From an uncultured Verrucomicrobiae bacterium (lineage in GTDB: Bacteria > Verrucomicrobiota > Verrucomicrobiia > Chthoniobacterales > JAATET01), in the NCBI GenBank assembly GCA_963719495.1, contig CAVRCI010000002.1:544001-608000 (forward strand): a stretch of DNA of 64,000 nucleotides. The letters are read 5' to 3'. Both the position numbers and the translations under genes were made by a program. The notes beneath the pieces are model-generated. The model was not told where the DNA came from. It was given only the letters and a program-made list of their open reading frames with translations, and made no database searches. Positions 51,392 to 60,540 of this stretch are shown here, piece by piece (position 1 is the stretch's first letter; the number at the start of each line of letters is the position of its first letter).

Positions 51392-54300
51392 AGACTAATT
51401 CCGTTTGGAGATCGACGACCTCTCCGGTGAAGCGGTCGATGGCGAGATGGACCCAGTAGCGTCGCTCGCCCTGCAGAGCGAAATCGGTGAGGGCGCCGCT
51501 CGGAGGGATCGTTCCGGCCTGAGCGATGATGTCGAACATCAGATTCCAGGTCCGGACGTTGGCGACATCCGCGAGAGCTCGCGCGGGCGCTTCGCGGTCA
51601 GCATTGATCCATGAAAGTTCGTCGCCCATTTTGCCGATGATGCGCGTCACGAGGTCCGCTTTATTAATCATCGGCCCGCCCTGAGCATCAGACCGATTAC
51701 TCACCACTGCCGCCGCGATTGCATCGATGGCGGTAAGGGGGAGAGGCTGTTTGGCGATCGGATTATCGTGGACTCCGGCAACGACAGCTTTGATGACCGC
51801 TGGGGGGGCGCTATTGAGATTGATCTTTCCAGCAGCGATCCGGGGTTCCGGGTTGACGCTAAACAGATCCAGAAGCGAGGCATCGGCGCTGAACTCGGAG
51901 AAAAAATCGAGAGTCTTCCAGGGAAGATCTCGTCCGGCGTAGCCAAGCTCGCCGACACTTGCGAGGTTGCGATTCAGAATGAGCGGTCGAGCCGAGTCGT
52001 CGCCGGCCTCCATCGGGTTGACGTTCTTATCGAAGTTCCCGTCTCCTGGGCGGGTCACGCTGTCTGCGTCCCGATAGATTGGATCTTCAGAAGAGCCGTT
52101 GCCGCGGTTCGTTGCGAAGTTCGAATAGCGAAGTCCGGCAGGAAATGTCGGGTTTGTGGCACCGAAACTATTTCCGCCCCCGGGCGCAAAAGTGCTGCTT
52201 CCGAGAAGCTTTGCCCAGGTGCCTTTTACCGTTGAGCTGTCCGGCAAGGATCCCGGCTGACGACTTTGATCGGGAACTCGGCTGGGAACTTCTCCTTCCG
52301 AGAGCCCGAAGCGGGTTGTTCTCGGATCAATTGTGGTCATCCCCTTAAACCAACTCGTCGGTCTCGTGGAATTCCCGGTCGCGTTCGTCGTGCTCTTTAC
52401 CGCACGGTACGCGACCCCCACCAGATCCTGATAGGTGCGCCAGCTCGATCCTACGGAGTATTCCAATGAGTAGGTGGGCGTCTGCGCATTTGGATATTCC
52501 GATAGATTGTTATAAAACTCGATGTTTTGGGGGACGCCGGTCCCTCCGTCGGTCGTGAGATCTGGTCCGGGAATTGCGGAGAGCGCCCCAAGAGTCGAGT
52601 TGGGCGATGTTGTGGAACTGTTTGTAACTCTCAGCATCGTGGGTTCGCGAAACTGAGATGCGCTCGATGGGAAGGAAATCGATACTCCGGTGGAGTCGTA
52701 AAAATACGGATTTCCATACTTCGGGCTTGGTCCTTCGATTCTCCGGATCGCGCCTACCCCATCGTGTGCGCGGACCCGAAACTGCGTTGGGCCATCGACC
52801 GCGGGTCCGCCGGCGCGGTGTGGGTTCCAGATCTCGACTGGAAAGTAAGCCCGCTGGCTCGTCGACGAGTTCCCGTTGTTGTCGCGATAGACGGCTGCGG
52901 CGATCTCGCTGATGTAAGGAAGATCCTCGGCCCCGTTGATTCTCTCCCGGATCCGTGCAGCGTTGGGGTAACTGCTGATCGGTCTGGCCGGATTTCCCGG
53001 ATCAGCAAACGGGAAGACAATTTCGATCGGGTAATTGTTCTCGTCCGCGAGATCGATGATGTTTGCGCCGATTTGAGCCACGTGGCGAAGGCGGCTTCCG
53101 TCGGTGTATTGCGTGTCGGTGTGGGTTCGATCAGTGGCAACCTGTCCGAGGGATTGCTCGTTGATCCCGGCGCGCAGGAGCTCAAAAAAGTCCGGTTGGC
53201 GATCGAGCGCGGCGACGTCTTCGAGGGTGGCAATATTACCCGTCGCAGTGCCCGCTTGCTCGTAGCGCCACACGTAGTCCCAGGGGTTGGATCCAGTCGA
53301 CTCGGGGACCAGGCCGAAATGCTCAGCGATCTCGGAGAGATGGGCAGCAGGATCGTTGAACCAGTCCAGCCGAGTCAGTGGGAATCGCTCGATGCGGAAC
53401 AGGGAACCGTCCGGCTTGCGAAGCGTGGCGATGGTCGGGTTAATGGAGGTAGGTGTGGTCGGGCCGAGCCATGAGCTCTCGTTGACCGCACGGGAAAACG
53501 TCGTGAAATACGGCAGGGCATCGTTGGGCAGTCCAACGGATTTGGCGTAATCGAGGAAATCCTGTCGTCCAACGAATCGATTTCCGGACGTGGTCCCGTT
53601 GTTAACCGGCGGTGTGAGGTAGCCCTTACCGGCCCATTCGAGCACGAAGTCCGAGAAGCTCGGTACTACCAAATTTTTGTAACGCCATCCCGAGAAAGTA
53701 TCCGATTGCGACGCTGTCATTGACCCGAGGCTTTCCAGCTTCGCAAAGATCAGGTTCCCCTTGGCGCCGACTTCCTCATCCGATGGTGCTGGTGCGCTCG
53801 ACGCGGGAAAGCCCGCGACATTTGCGTCGAGAAGTCCGCTGGTGTCGTAGACGACGTAGGCAACGCGACCGACCACGTCCGGCGCACTTGGGTTGGCGTT
53901 TGGGCCCTGCTCGGTCCAGTAGATCCAATTTGGCGGAGTGAATGAGGTGATTGCGGACGGCTCCATGAGGAGCGGTTTGTTCCACCGCTCCTTGGAGATT
54001 CCCCGGGCCGAAGGTGTCGCGGCTTCCGTTCCGACGGACGAAGACAACTGTGGACTCGGGATTGAAGAGAAGTCGTAGTAGCCGGGAAAACTGAAGCTCG
54101 CGGCACTCCGCCGGAGAAGAGCGGGAAACGTGGTTGCTTCGGCGGCGGTGGTGAATTTTGCCGGGAGCGCACCCGTCGCGTTGATCTTCGAGTTGCTTGC
54201 TCCGGCGGTAAATTTCGGAACGAAGACGGGTTCGGGGGAGTTGGGTTGGTCAATGGTCGAGCCCGCCGCGATTTCGTTTAAAAACTCCTGAACCAGCACG

Positions 54301-54509
54301 TCCGCAGCGCCGCTGGCCAGCTCATCGGCCGAGATCCGTTTGCCGTAGCCGTCGCTGACCATCAGGTCGAAGCGAGTCATCGAGAAATACGAGATGATGA
54401 GAAACGTCACGAGCGCGATGACCGCCAGGACGGCGATCAGCGCAATCCCGCGCTGGCGCGAAGTCGGACCGCCGTCAAAGACTGGCATTGAGGGGGTAGG
54501 AGCGTTCAT
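51384..54509 (-). CDS. Verru_Chthon cassette protein A-like (large GspK/PilX-type pseudopilin)
   Basis: Prepilin site RQRG|IALIAVL lacking E5, and C-terminal GKINLNSA and GERRYWVHLAIDRFTG. Confidence 0.8.
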   Translation of the reverse strand: MNAPTPSMPVFDGGPTSRQRGIALIAVLAVIALVTFLIISYFSMTRFDLMVSDGYGKRISADELASGAADVLVQEFLNEIAAGSTIDQPNSPEPVFVPKFTAGASNSKINATGALPAKFTTAAEATTFPALLRRSAASFSFPGYYDFSSIPSPQLSSSVGTEAATPSARGISKERWNKPLLMEPSAITSFTPPNWIYWTEQGPNANPSAPDVVGRVAYVVYDTSGLLDANVAGFPASSAPAPSDEEVGAKGNLIFAKLESLGSMTASQSDTFSGWRYKNLVVPSFSDFVLEWAGKGYLTPPVNNGTTSGNRFVGRQDFLDYAKSVGLPNDALPYFTTFSRAVNESSWLGPTTPTSINPTIATLRKPDGSLFRIERFPLTRLDWFNDPAAHLSEIAEHFGLVPESTGSNPWDYVWRYEQAGTATGNIATLEDVAALDRQPDFFELLRAGINEQSLGQVATDRTHTDTQYTDGSRLRHVAQIGANIIDLADENNYPIEIVFPFADPGNPARPISSYPNAARIRERINGAEDLPYISEIAAAVYRDNNGNSSTSQRAYFPVEIWNPHRAGGPAVDGPTQFRVRAHDGVGAIRRIEGPSPKYGNPYFYDSTGVSISFPSSASQFREPTMLRVTNSSTTSPNSTLGALSAIPGPDLTTDGGTGVPQNIEFYNNLSEYPNAQTPTYSLEYSVGSSWRTYQDLVGVAYRAVKSTTNATGNSTRPTSWFKGMTTIDPRTTRFGLSEGEVPSRVPDQSRQPGSLPDSSTVKGTWAKLLGSSTFAPGGGNSFGATNPTFPAGLRYSNFATNRGNGSSEDPIYRDADSVTRPGDGNFDKNVNPMEAGDDSARPLILNRNLASVGELGYAGRDLPWKTLDFFSEFSADASLLDLFSVNPEPRIAAGKINLNSAPPAVIKAVVAGVHDNPIAKQPLPLTAIDAIAAAVVSNRSDAQGGPMINKADLVTRIIGKMGDELSWINADREAPARALADVANVRTWNLMFDIIAQAGTIPPSGALTDFALQGERRYWVHLAIDRFTGEVVDLQTELVYE

Positions 54510-55299
54510 AAATTTCGACCCCAGACCGCACGGCGCGGGGCATCGTGGCCATGAAGGAGGCGTCGTCGCGCAGGCTCATCCAATACTCGCGGAAGCGTTG
54601 AGTCGGAGAGGGGTTTGCCGAGAAGTGACTGATGAAAGGATTCGTTTTTCCCGCGTCCTCGAGCTGGGAGAGCGCGTTCTCGTCGACGACGAGCAGAGTC
54701 ACGACCACGAGTCGGCAGGAAGTCGGGGCGGTGGCGTCCTCGAAATCGTAGACAAAATCATCGCGAAGCGTGCCGTCGTTTTGAACGAACTGGCAGCGAA
54801 AGAGCAGGATGCCCGGGCCAAGTTGATCGTCCTGCGGGGTGCCCGAAAATTGGGCGAATTCGAGCGCGTTTTGGAAGTAGGGGAGTGGATCAGTGTAGCC
54901 AATCGGCACGCTTTCGCGCCAGAGGCCGAGTTCCGTCGGATCGCCGGCTTGCGCGGGGTCGACGACGTGGTATTCGACGAGGGAGAGGGGGCGGTCGCCT
55001 CCGCCGGACGTCTGGGTGATGGCGCGGAGCTGGGAGTTGCCGCCCGCCGTCGGTGTCGGGAAGGCGGCGAGATCGGGGACGATGAGCGCCCGGGCCAGGT
55101 CGCCACCGATCACGTCGAGTGAGACCCGGGCCTTGCTGAAATTGTTCACCCGGGCGAACGCTGATTGCCAGCGCGCGGACACGTCGCCCGTGATGGCGGC
55201 AAGGCTGACGAGGATGATGGAGAGAATCGCGAGCGACACGACGAGTTCGATGAGCGTGAAGCCGCGACGATGCGAGCGATGAGTCGAGTGCGCCGTCAT
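54475..55299 (-). CDS. Prepilin-type protein (Verru_Chthon C-like / GspJ-PilW-like)
   Basis: RRG|FTLIELVV N-methylation motif. Confidence 0.85.
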   Translation of the reverse strand: MTAHSTHRSHRRGFTLIELVVSLAILSIILVSLAAITGDVSARWQSAFARVNNFSKARVSLDVIGGDLARALIVPDLAAFPTPTAGGNSQLRAITQTSGGGDRPLSLVEYHVVDPAQAGDPTELGLWRESVPIGYTDPLPYFQNALEFAQFSGTPQDDQLGPGILLFRCQFVQNDGTLRDDFVYDFEDATAPTSCRLVVVTLLVVDENALSQLEDAGKTNPFISHFSANPSPTQRFREYWMSLRDDASFMATMPRAVRSGVEIYERSYPLNASL

Positions 55300-55754
55300 G
55301 GTTCGATGCGCACGGCGGTCGCCACGCGGTAGTTTGGTCGGGCGGTTGCACTGGCGGTAGCAGCCGGCCAGAAGAACCGGAGGGTCAAATAAGCCAGCTT
55401 CGAGTCGCTGCTGAGCGTGCTCGTGATCCGACAGGCCATCGTGGCGTCGGCGACGCTGCTGACGACGCCTTCGCCGTCCGCGAAGTAGAGCGTCTTCCCG
55501 GCGGTCCCGAGCGAGGGATCATTGAGAGGTGGAATTAAAAACTTCGGGTTGGGATCGACGGGTTCGTTGCGGCGCTCGGAGACCAAGCGGGTCGCCAGAT
55601 TCGCCGCCCGGATTTGCGCCGACGAGTCCCGTTCGGTTTCGATGCCGATCACGAAGATTCCAAGCAGGGATACGAGGACGAACGAGATGAGACCCAGGGC
55701 CAGCACCACTTCGATCAGGCTGAACGCCCGAGCCGTTCTCCGCCGCGGGGTCAT
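55296..55754 (-). CDS. Prepilin-type protein (Verru_Chthon B-like / GspI-PilV-like)
   Basis: RA|FSLIEVVLALG motif, 152 aa. Confidence 0.85.
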   Translation of the reverse strand: MTPRRRTARAFSLIEVVLALGLISFVLVSLLGIFVIGIETERDSSAQIRAANLATRLVSERRNEPVDPNPKFLIPPLNDPSLGTAGKTLYFADGEGVVSSVADATMACRITSTLSSDSKLAYLTLRFFWPAATASATARPNYRVATAVRIEP

Positions 55755-56443
55755 CAGGGCTGGGGTCGGAAGACTCGGACCTGCCCGGTGAGACCCGACA
55801 GTTGAAAAGCGGCGGGATTCGGGATGATTGCCTGATCCTTTTGCTCCTGAAATCCGAATTCCATCAGCGATGCGAAGGCGCTTCCGTTCCGAATTTGACC
55901 GGTCGGCAGGAAGGTGACGAGGCGGTCGAAGGTGTATGAATCGGCTCCCTGCTGGTAGCGGATGGTTGTATCCGAGGAAATCGCCTCGGGGCTGTTGCCG
56001 GGGCGGTTGGGAATGCTTGGGGTGTAGGAATTCCCGGCGTCGCGGAAACCAACCCCGTCCAATCGGACAATGGGACGGGCGAGCACGAGGTCGGGGTCAG
56101 TGCCGACGGTCACGCTGGCCTTCCCATCCATCGCGTCCAAGCCGGTGCGGCTCTCGAACATGATGAGGCGAACGCCTTCGCCGCTGGTGTCGAAGCCCAC
56201 GTAAACGTAGGTATTTTTCGCCGCCGCGTGGACGCGGGCGAGGTCCAGGTAGCCCGAGGTTTCGACGATGGCGCGACGGATATTCTGGCCGCGACCGACT
56301 CCGCTGAACGTGGTGATCGAGAGGCTGGCAAGGAGGGAGATGACGGCCATCACGACGAGCAGTTCGATCAGAGTGACCGCGCTACGGGAGCGATGCGGGG
56401 ATTGTCGGGTCGACGACGCGAACGATTTGCTAGCGGGGGGCAT
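55754..56443 (-). CDS. Prepilin-type protein (Verru_Chthon D-like / GspH-FimU-like)
   Basis: SA|VTLIELLVVMAVI, LDLARVHAAAKNTYVYVGF, and C-terminal LTGQVRVFRP. Confidence 0.85.
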   Translation of the reverse strand: MPPASKSFASSTRQSPHRSRSAVTLIELLVVMAVISLLASLSITTFSGVGRGQNIRRAIVETSGYLDLARVHAAAKNTYVYVGFDTSGEGVRLIMFESRTGLDAMDGKASVTVGTDPDLVLARPIVRLDGVGFRDAGNSYTPSIPNRPGNSPEAISSDTTIRYQQGADSYTFDRLVTFLPTGQIRNGSAFASLMEFGFQEQKDQAIIPNPAAFQLSGLTGQVRVFRPQP

Positions 56444-56518
56444 GACGAGAAGGTATCACTAGTATCAGGCCGCGCAACAGATATTCTGCGACTTCCTTGG
56501 GAGAAAATACGGCCAGCG

Positions 56519-57748
56519 CTAGACGCTGAGTTCCTGAGAGACGGTGATGATGCGGGGGGGGGTGTCGCCGAGGTGGAAGGCTCGGGAGATGACGAGGTCG
56601 GCGAGGGCCTGGGCGACGGCGGGGAGGCGGGTGCCGACCGAGATGGGGCGGGCGTCGGCGGCGAGGAGGGGAGCGTGGAGCTCGAGCCAGTCGGCCGGGT
56701 ATTTCTCCGACCAATCCATCTCGCTCCAGTCGGCGTCGTAGCCGGTGACCTCGATCTGCCCGTGGAGCCCGAGTTCGTGGAGGGCGATGCGGACGTCGGC
56801 GGCAATGGGATCATTGATCGCCATGATGGCGGTGATCTTTTCGGCTTTGATCTTGGGGGCGAGAAGTTCGCGGTAGTAGTCGATTCGTTCGCGAGCCGGG
56901 GTTGCTTCGCCGGCCTTTCCGGTGATGGACCAGCGGTTGGCGGTGTTCGCGCGAATGCCAAATTCCAGAAGGGCTTCCCGAAACCCCTGCGATTTCTGCT
57001 CTTCGAAGAGCATGGCGGGATTGGAGACCATGCGCAGGATGCGGGAGTGGCCGGCGCGGAGGAGGTGGCGGGTGAGGGCGGACTGGCCTTGGGCGAAATC
57101 GGAGCGGACCTGATCGCACTCCGGCAGGTCGACGCCGGTGGCTAGGTAGACGACGCGGAGGCCCCGGCGGGCGCAGGCGCCGATGTCTTTCATGACGGAT
57201 TCTTCGATGAACTCCGGGCTGGCGAAGACGGCGACGCTGGCGCGCATGATCTCGGCTTCCGCGATGCGCTCGCGGAGGAGGCCCTGCTGGATGGAGGGAT
57301 TGGAGTAGTTGAATTGAACCGGGCTGATCGTGAGACGAAGTCCCGGGTGGTGGCTCAAGGCCCAGAGCAACCATTTTTCGATGGCAGGAAGGAGATGCTG
57401 GTCCTTCGACGGGGGCTGCTGGAGGTCGGGTTGGGTGATCGTCGTGATGAGGTCGATATTGGGCCGGCTGCGGACGAACGCGTGGGTCGATCCACGGGCG
57501 AGGACACGCACGCCGGAACCGTGAATTTTTGCGACGATGCCTTCCTCGGCGAGTTGATCGAGCGCGCCGTGGACGGGGGAAATGCTCGTCTGGAACGTGC
57601 GCGCGAGGTCACGGGTCGAAGGGAGAAAATCGCCGACCTGCCATTCTTCGCGGGAAATTTTCGCGGAGAGATATTCGTACAGTTGCTGCTGGAGACTTCC
57701 GCCCGGGGAGGACTGGAGGCGCCTGAGAGCGGATGAGGGTTCCTTCAC
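56519..57748 (-). CDS. GntR-HTH / LacI-type sugar-binding transcriptional regulator
   Basis: LPSTRDLARTF...LAEEGIVAKIHGSG, followed by HLLRAGHSRI, AINDPIA and VTGYD. GTG at 57748. Confidence 0.88.
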   Translation of the reverse strand: MKEPSSALRRLQSSPGGSLQQQLYEYLSAKISREEWQVGDFLPSTRDLARTFQTSISPVHGALDQLAEEGIVAKIHGSGVRVLARGSTHAFVRSRPNIDLITTITQPDLQQPPSKDQHLLPAIEKWLLWALSHHPGLRLTISPVQFNYSNPSIQQGLLRERIAEAEIMRASVAVFASPEFIEESVMKDIGACARRGLRVVYLATGVDLPECDQVRSDFAQGQSALTRHLLRAGHSRILRMVSNPAMLFEEQKSQGFREALLEFGIRANTANRWSITGKAGEATPARERIDYYRELLAPKIKAEKITAIMAINDPIAADVRIALHELGLHGQIEVTGYDADWSEMDWSEKYPADWLELHAPLLAADARPISVGTRLPAVAQALADLVISRAFHLGDTPPRIITVSQELSV

Positions 57749-57837
57749 GTTCGGACGGATCCTAGGGTATTCCGTTGTTTCAGGAAAGAATGAAGCGGGT
57801 GCGGCGAGGGAGGCGCGAATCGGCCGTGAGATTTCTT

Positions 57838-58290
57838 TTAGAAGTCGGCGGTCTGCTCTTCTTCGGTGGCGAAGGTGACGCCGCGGATGTCGGCGATGGC
57901 GCAGGCATTGAGGACGTCGACGATGCGCTGGTGCTCGACTCCGTCCTTGGCGTCGAGCGTGACGAGGGCGTCGGCTCGGTTGGCGTCGGACATTTCCTTG
58001 AAGCGCCGGAGCACGGTGACGAGTTCGGGGAGTTCGCTGGCGGTCGGGGAGTCGAGCGGGGTGTCGTTGAGGAGCACCTGGCCGCCGGGTGCGATGACGA
58101 GGCGTTGCTCGTCGGGGATGTCGAGGGATTGCTCCTGGGCGACGGTGCCGGGGAGCGAGAGCCCGACGTCGCTCTCGGGGGTGATCGGCTTGGCGGTGAC
58201 GAGGAAGAAGACGAGGAGCAGGAAGACGATGTCGATGAGGGGTCCCATCGGGATTTCGCAAGTGAGGGCGGCGTGGCGGCGGGGTTGCAT
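57838..58290 (-). CDS. exbD: Biopolymer transport protein ExbD/TolR
   Basis: PLIDIVFLLLVFFLV. Confidence 0.9.
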   Translation of the reverse strand: MQPRRHAALTCEIPMGPLIDIVFLLLVFFLVTAKPITPESDVGLSLPGTVAQEQSLDIPDEQRLVIAPGGQVLLNDTPLDSPTASELPELVTVLRRFKEMSDANRADALVTLDAKDGVEHQRIVDVLNACAIADIRGVTFATEEEQTADF

Positions 58291-58300
58291 GGCGGTTCTC

Positions 58301-58708
58301 CTACTGGCGGTAGCTACCAAAGATGACGTCGATGGCCCCGGCTTCGGCGCAGGCTTTCATGACGGGCTTGATGACGGAGGAGTCGGTGGTGGCGGCGGCG
58401 CGGATGTAGATGCGGAGGGGCGGGTTGGCGTCGAGGCGGCGCTTGAGGTAGGCGCGGAGCTCCTGGAGGTTGACCTGATCGTCACCGGCGAAAATTTGCC
58501 CCTCGCTGTCGATGTTGAGGATTTCGCGACCGCTGATGTCTTCGGGGGTGACGGCGGCGGAGGCGGTGGGGAGTTTGATCTCCATCTTGAGCTGCTCGCT
58601 GGTGATCTTGGTGGTGACCATGAAGAAGATGAGCAGCAGAAACGTCATGTCGATCATGGGGGCGAGCTGGAACCCCATTTCGATGTTTTTGTCGCGCTCG
58701 GGCTGCAT
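58301..58708 (-). CDS. exbD: Biopolymer transport protein ExbD/TolR
   Basis: APMIDMTFLLLIFFMV. Confidence 0.9.
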   Translation of the reverse strand: MQPERDKNIEMGFQLAPMIDMTFLLLIFFMVTTKITSEQLKMEIKLPTASAAVTPEDISGREILNIDSEGQIFAGDDQVNLQELRAYLKRRLDANPPLRIYIRAAATTDSSVIKPVMKACAEAGAIDVIFGSYRQ

Positions 58709-58711
58709 GGT

Positions 58712-59593
58712 TTAGGCGGGTGGGTTTTCGTCGGCGGGGGTTTCGGTCGGCGCGTCGGCGACGGGTGTTTCCGCGGTTGGGGTCTCCTCGGCCATGGGGG
58801 CGTTCTCGGTGCCGAGGGTGACGTGGCCGGTGAGCAGGTCGAACGCGACGGTTAGAGCCTTGCCGATGTCGCCGACGGCGGTCTGGAGATTATTTCGGTA
58901 GATGAAGTAGAGGAACATGGCGGGAATACCGACGATGAGACCGCCGGCGGTGGTGACCATCGCGACGCCGATGCCGCCGGCGAGGTCGGAGGGTTCGGAG
59001 CGACCGGACGCGAGCATGTTGAAGGCTTGGATCATGCCGGTGACGGTGCCGAGGAGACCGAGCATGGGTGCGACCGTGGCGAAGACGTTGAGGTAGTTGA
59101 TCCAATAGACGAGGCGGCCTTCCTCGTGGATGAGGGTGTCGGTGGAGGCTCGCTCCATGTCGGCGCGGGCGAATTGGGGGGCTTCGAGGTCGACGCGGAT
59201 CAGGCCGCCCGCGAGGCTGTTCGTGAGGACGCTGGGGTGCTGCTGGCAGATGGCGAAGGCGGCCTGGAGGTCGCGCTGGGCCATCTGGGAATTGATCTGC
59301 GGGATGATTTCCTTCGGCATGAGACGGCGGCGGCTGATGCGGATGCCGGCGTAAACGGCGACGGCGATGGTGCCAATCGAGCAAAGCGCGATGGGATACA
59401 TGAGGAGGCCGCCCTGGACGAAGAGGTCGAGGAGGGAGATGTCGCCGGGAGGTGGCGCGGTGGCCGTGGCGCCGGCGGCGGAATCGGGCGGGGTGTCCTG
59501 CGCGAGGGCGAGGAACGGGGTGACGAGCAGCAGCGCAAAGGCGAGGAGGGTGGGGCGGAGTGGATGCATGGCGTGGGTGGAATGAGGTCTCAT
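58712..59593 (-). CDS. exbB: MotA/TolQ/ExbB proton-channel protein
   Basis: APMLGLLGTVTGMI.AF and LAGGIGVAMVTTAGGL. Start is 59593 (ATGA overlap) or 59569. Confidence 0.9.
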   Translation of the reverse strand: MRPHSTHAMHPLRPTLLAFALLLVTPFLALAQDTPPDSAAGATATAPPPGDISLLDLFVQGGLLMYPIALCSIGTIAVAVYAGIRISRRRLMPKEIIPQINSQMAQRDLQAAFAICQQHPSVLTNSLAGGLIRVDLEAPQFARADMERASTDTLIHEEGRLVYWINYLNVFATVAPMLGLLGTVTGMIQAFNMLASGRSEPSDLAGGIGVAMVTTAGGLIVGIPAMFLYFIYRNNLQTAVGDIGKALTVAFDLLTGHVTLGTENAPMAEETPTAETPVADAPTETPADENPPA

Positions 59594-60540
59594 GATTTTT
59601 CGGATTCGGCGGTGGGTTCTTTGGGAGTGAGCTCGGTGGCGATGGCTTGGGCTTCCTTCTGGAAGGGCGTGGTCGGATACCAATCCAGAATCTCGCGGGC
59701 GTAGGAGAGGGCGCGTTCGTCGTCGCCGAGGTAGCGCTCGATCTCGGCGGCTTGGAGGAGTCCTTCGGCGGCGCGTTCTTCGTTCTCCGGGAAGAGGACG
59801 GCGGGCGTGAGGTAGCCGTCGAGGGCGGAGTCGGTGAGTTCCAGTCGTTCGCGGCGCTTCTCGGGCATGAGGTGCCACTTTGGCCAATCGAGGTCGAGCT
59901 GGCGTAGGCGCTGCCAGGCGTCGGTGGCGCGGGTGAAGGTCGCGAGGATGCGGGCGGAGGCGAGGGCCTCGCGGTTGGCTCCGCCGATGTCCTCGCCCAC
60001 GGTGTCGAGTTTCTGCGCGAGATCGAGGGCTTCCTCGGTGCGTCCGAGACGGATGAGGGCGATGGCGGTGAGGCCGGTGATCTCGGGGGCGGCCGAGGGA
60101 TCGACGGCGATGAGTTTTTCCAGCTCGGGCTGGAGGTCGAGGATGCGCTGGGCGGAGGTACTGCCTTCGGTAAGGGCGAGCGCGTTGAGGTAGGCGAGGG
60201 CGGCGGTCGAGGCTCCGGTGTCGACGACTCCGATGAAGGGGCGGTGCCGGGCCCAGAGGCGCGCGAGGTCGTCGGCGTTGGTCGCGGAGGGATTGGCGAG
60301 GGCGTCGCTAAGGGAAGGCGCGAGGGTGAAGGCGACTTGCTTGACGCGGTCGGCTGGGACGTTGAGTTCGACCCGGCCGGCGCTGACCTGCTGCGCGACG
60401 CGGATGCCGGTGCCGCGCACGCCGAGGACGTCGCCTTCCTCCCGTTTGCCGTCCTGGTAAAGGACGACGTCGGCGCGGGCGAACGCGGCAGCGGTGAGCG
60501 CGATGACGGTGAAGGTGATGGGCGGGAATCGGCGAATCAT
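59590..60540 (-). CDS. Secreted helical/TPR-like protein
   Basis: Signal peptide ending ARAD, C-terminal TPR-like helices, and ATGA coupling on both sides. Confidence 0.75.
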   Translation of the reverse strand: MIRRFPPITFTVIALTAAAFARADVVLYQDGKREEGDVLGVRGTGIRVAQQVSAGRVELNVPADRVKQVAFTLAPSLSDALANPSATNADDLARLWARHRPFIGVVDTGASTAALAYLNALALTEGSTSAQRILDLQPELEKLIAVDPSAAPEITGLTAIALIRLGRTEEALDLAQKLDTVGEDIGGANREALASARILATFTRATDAWQRLRQLDLDWPKWHLMPEKRRERLELTDSALDGYLTPAVLFPENEERAAEGLLQAAEIERYLGDDERALSYAREILDWYPTTPFQKEAQAIATELTPKEPTAESEKS

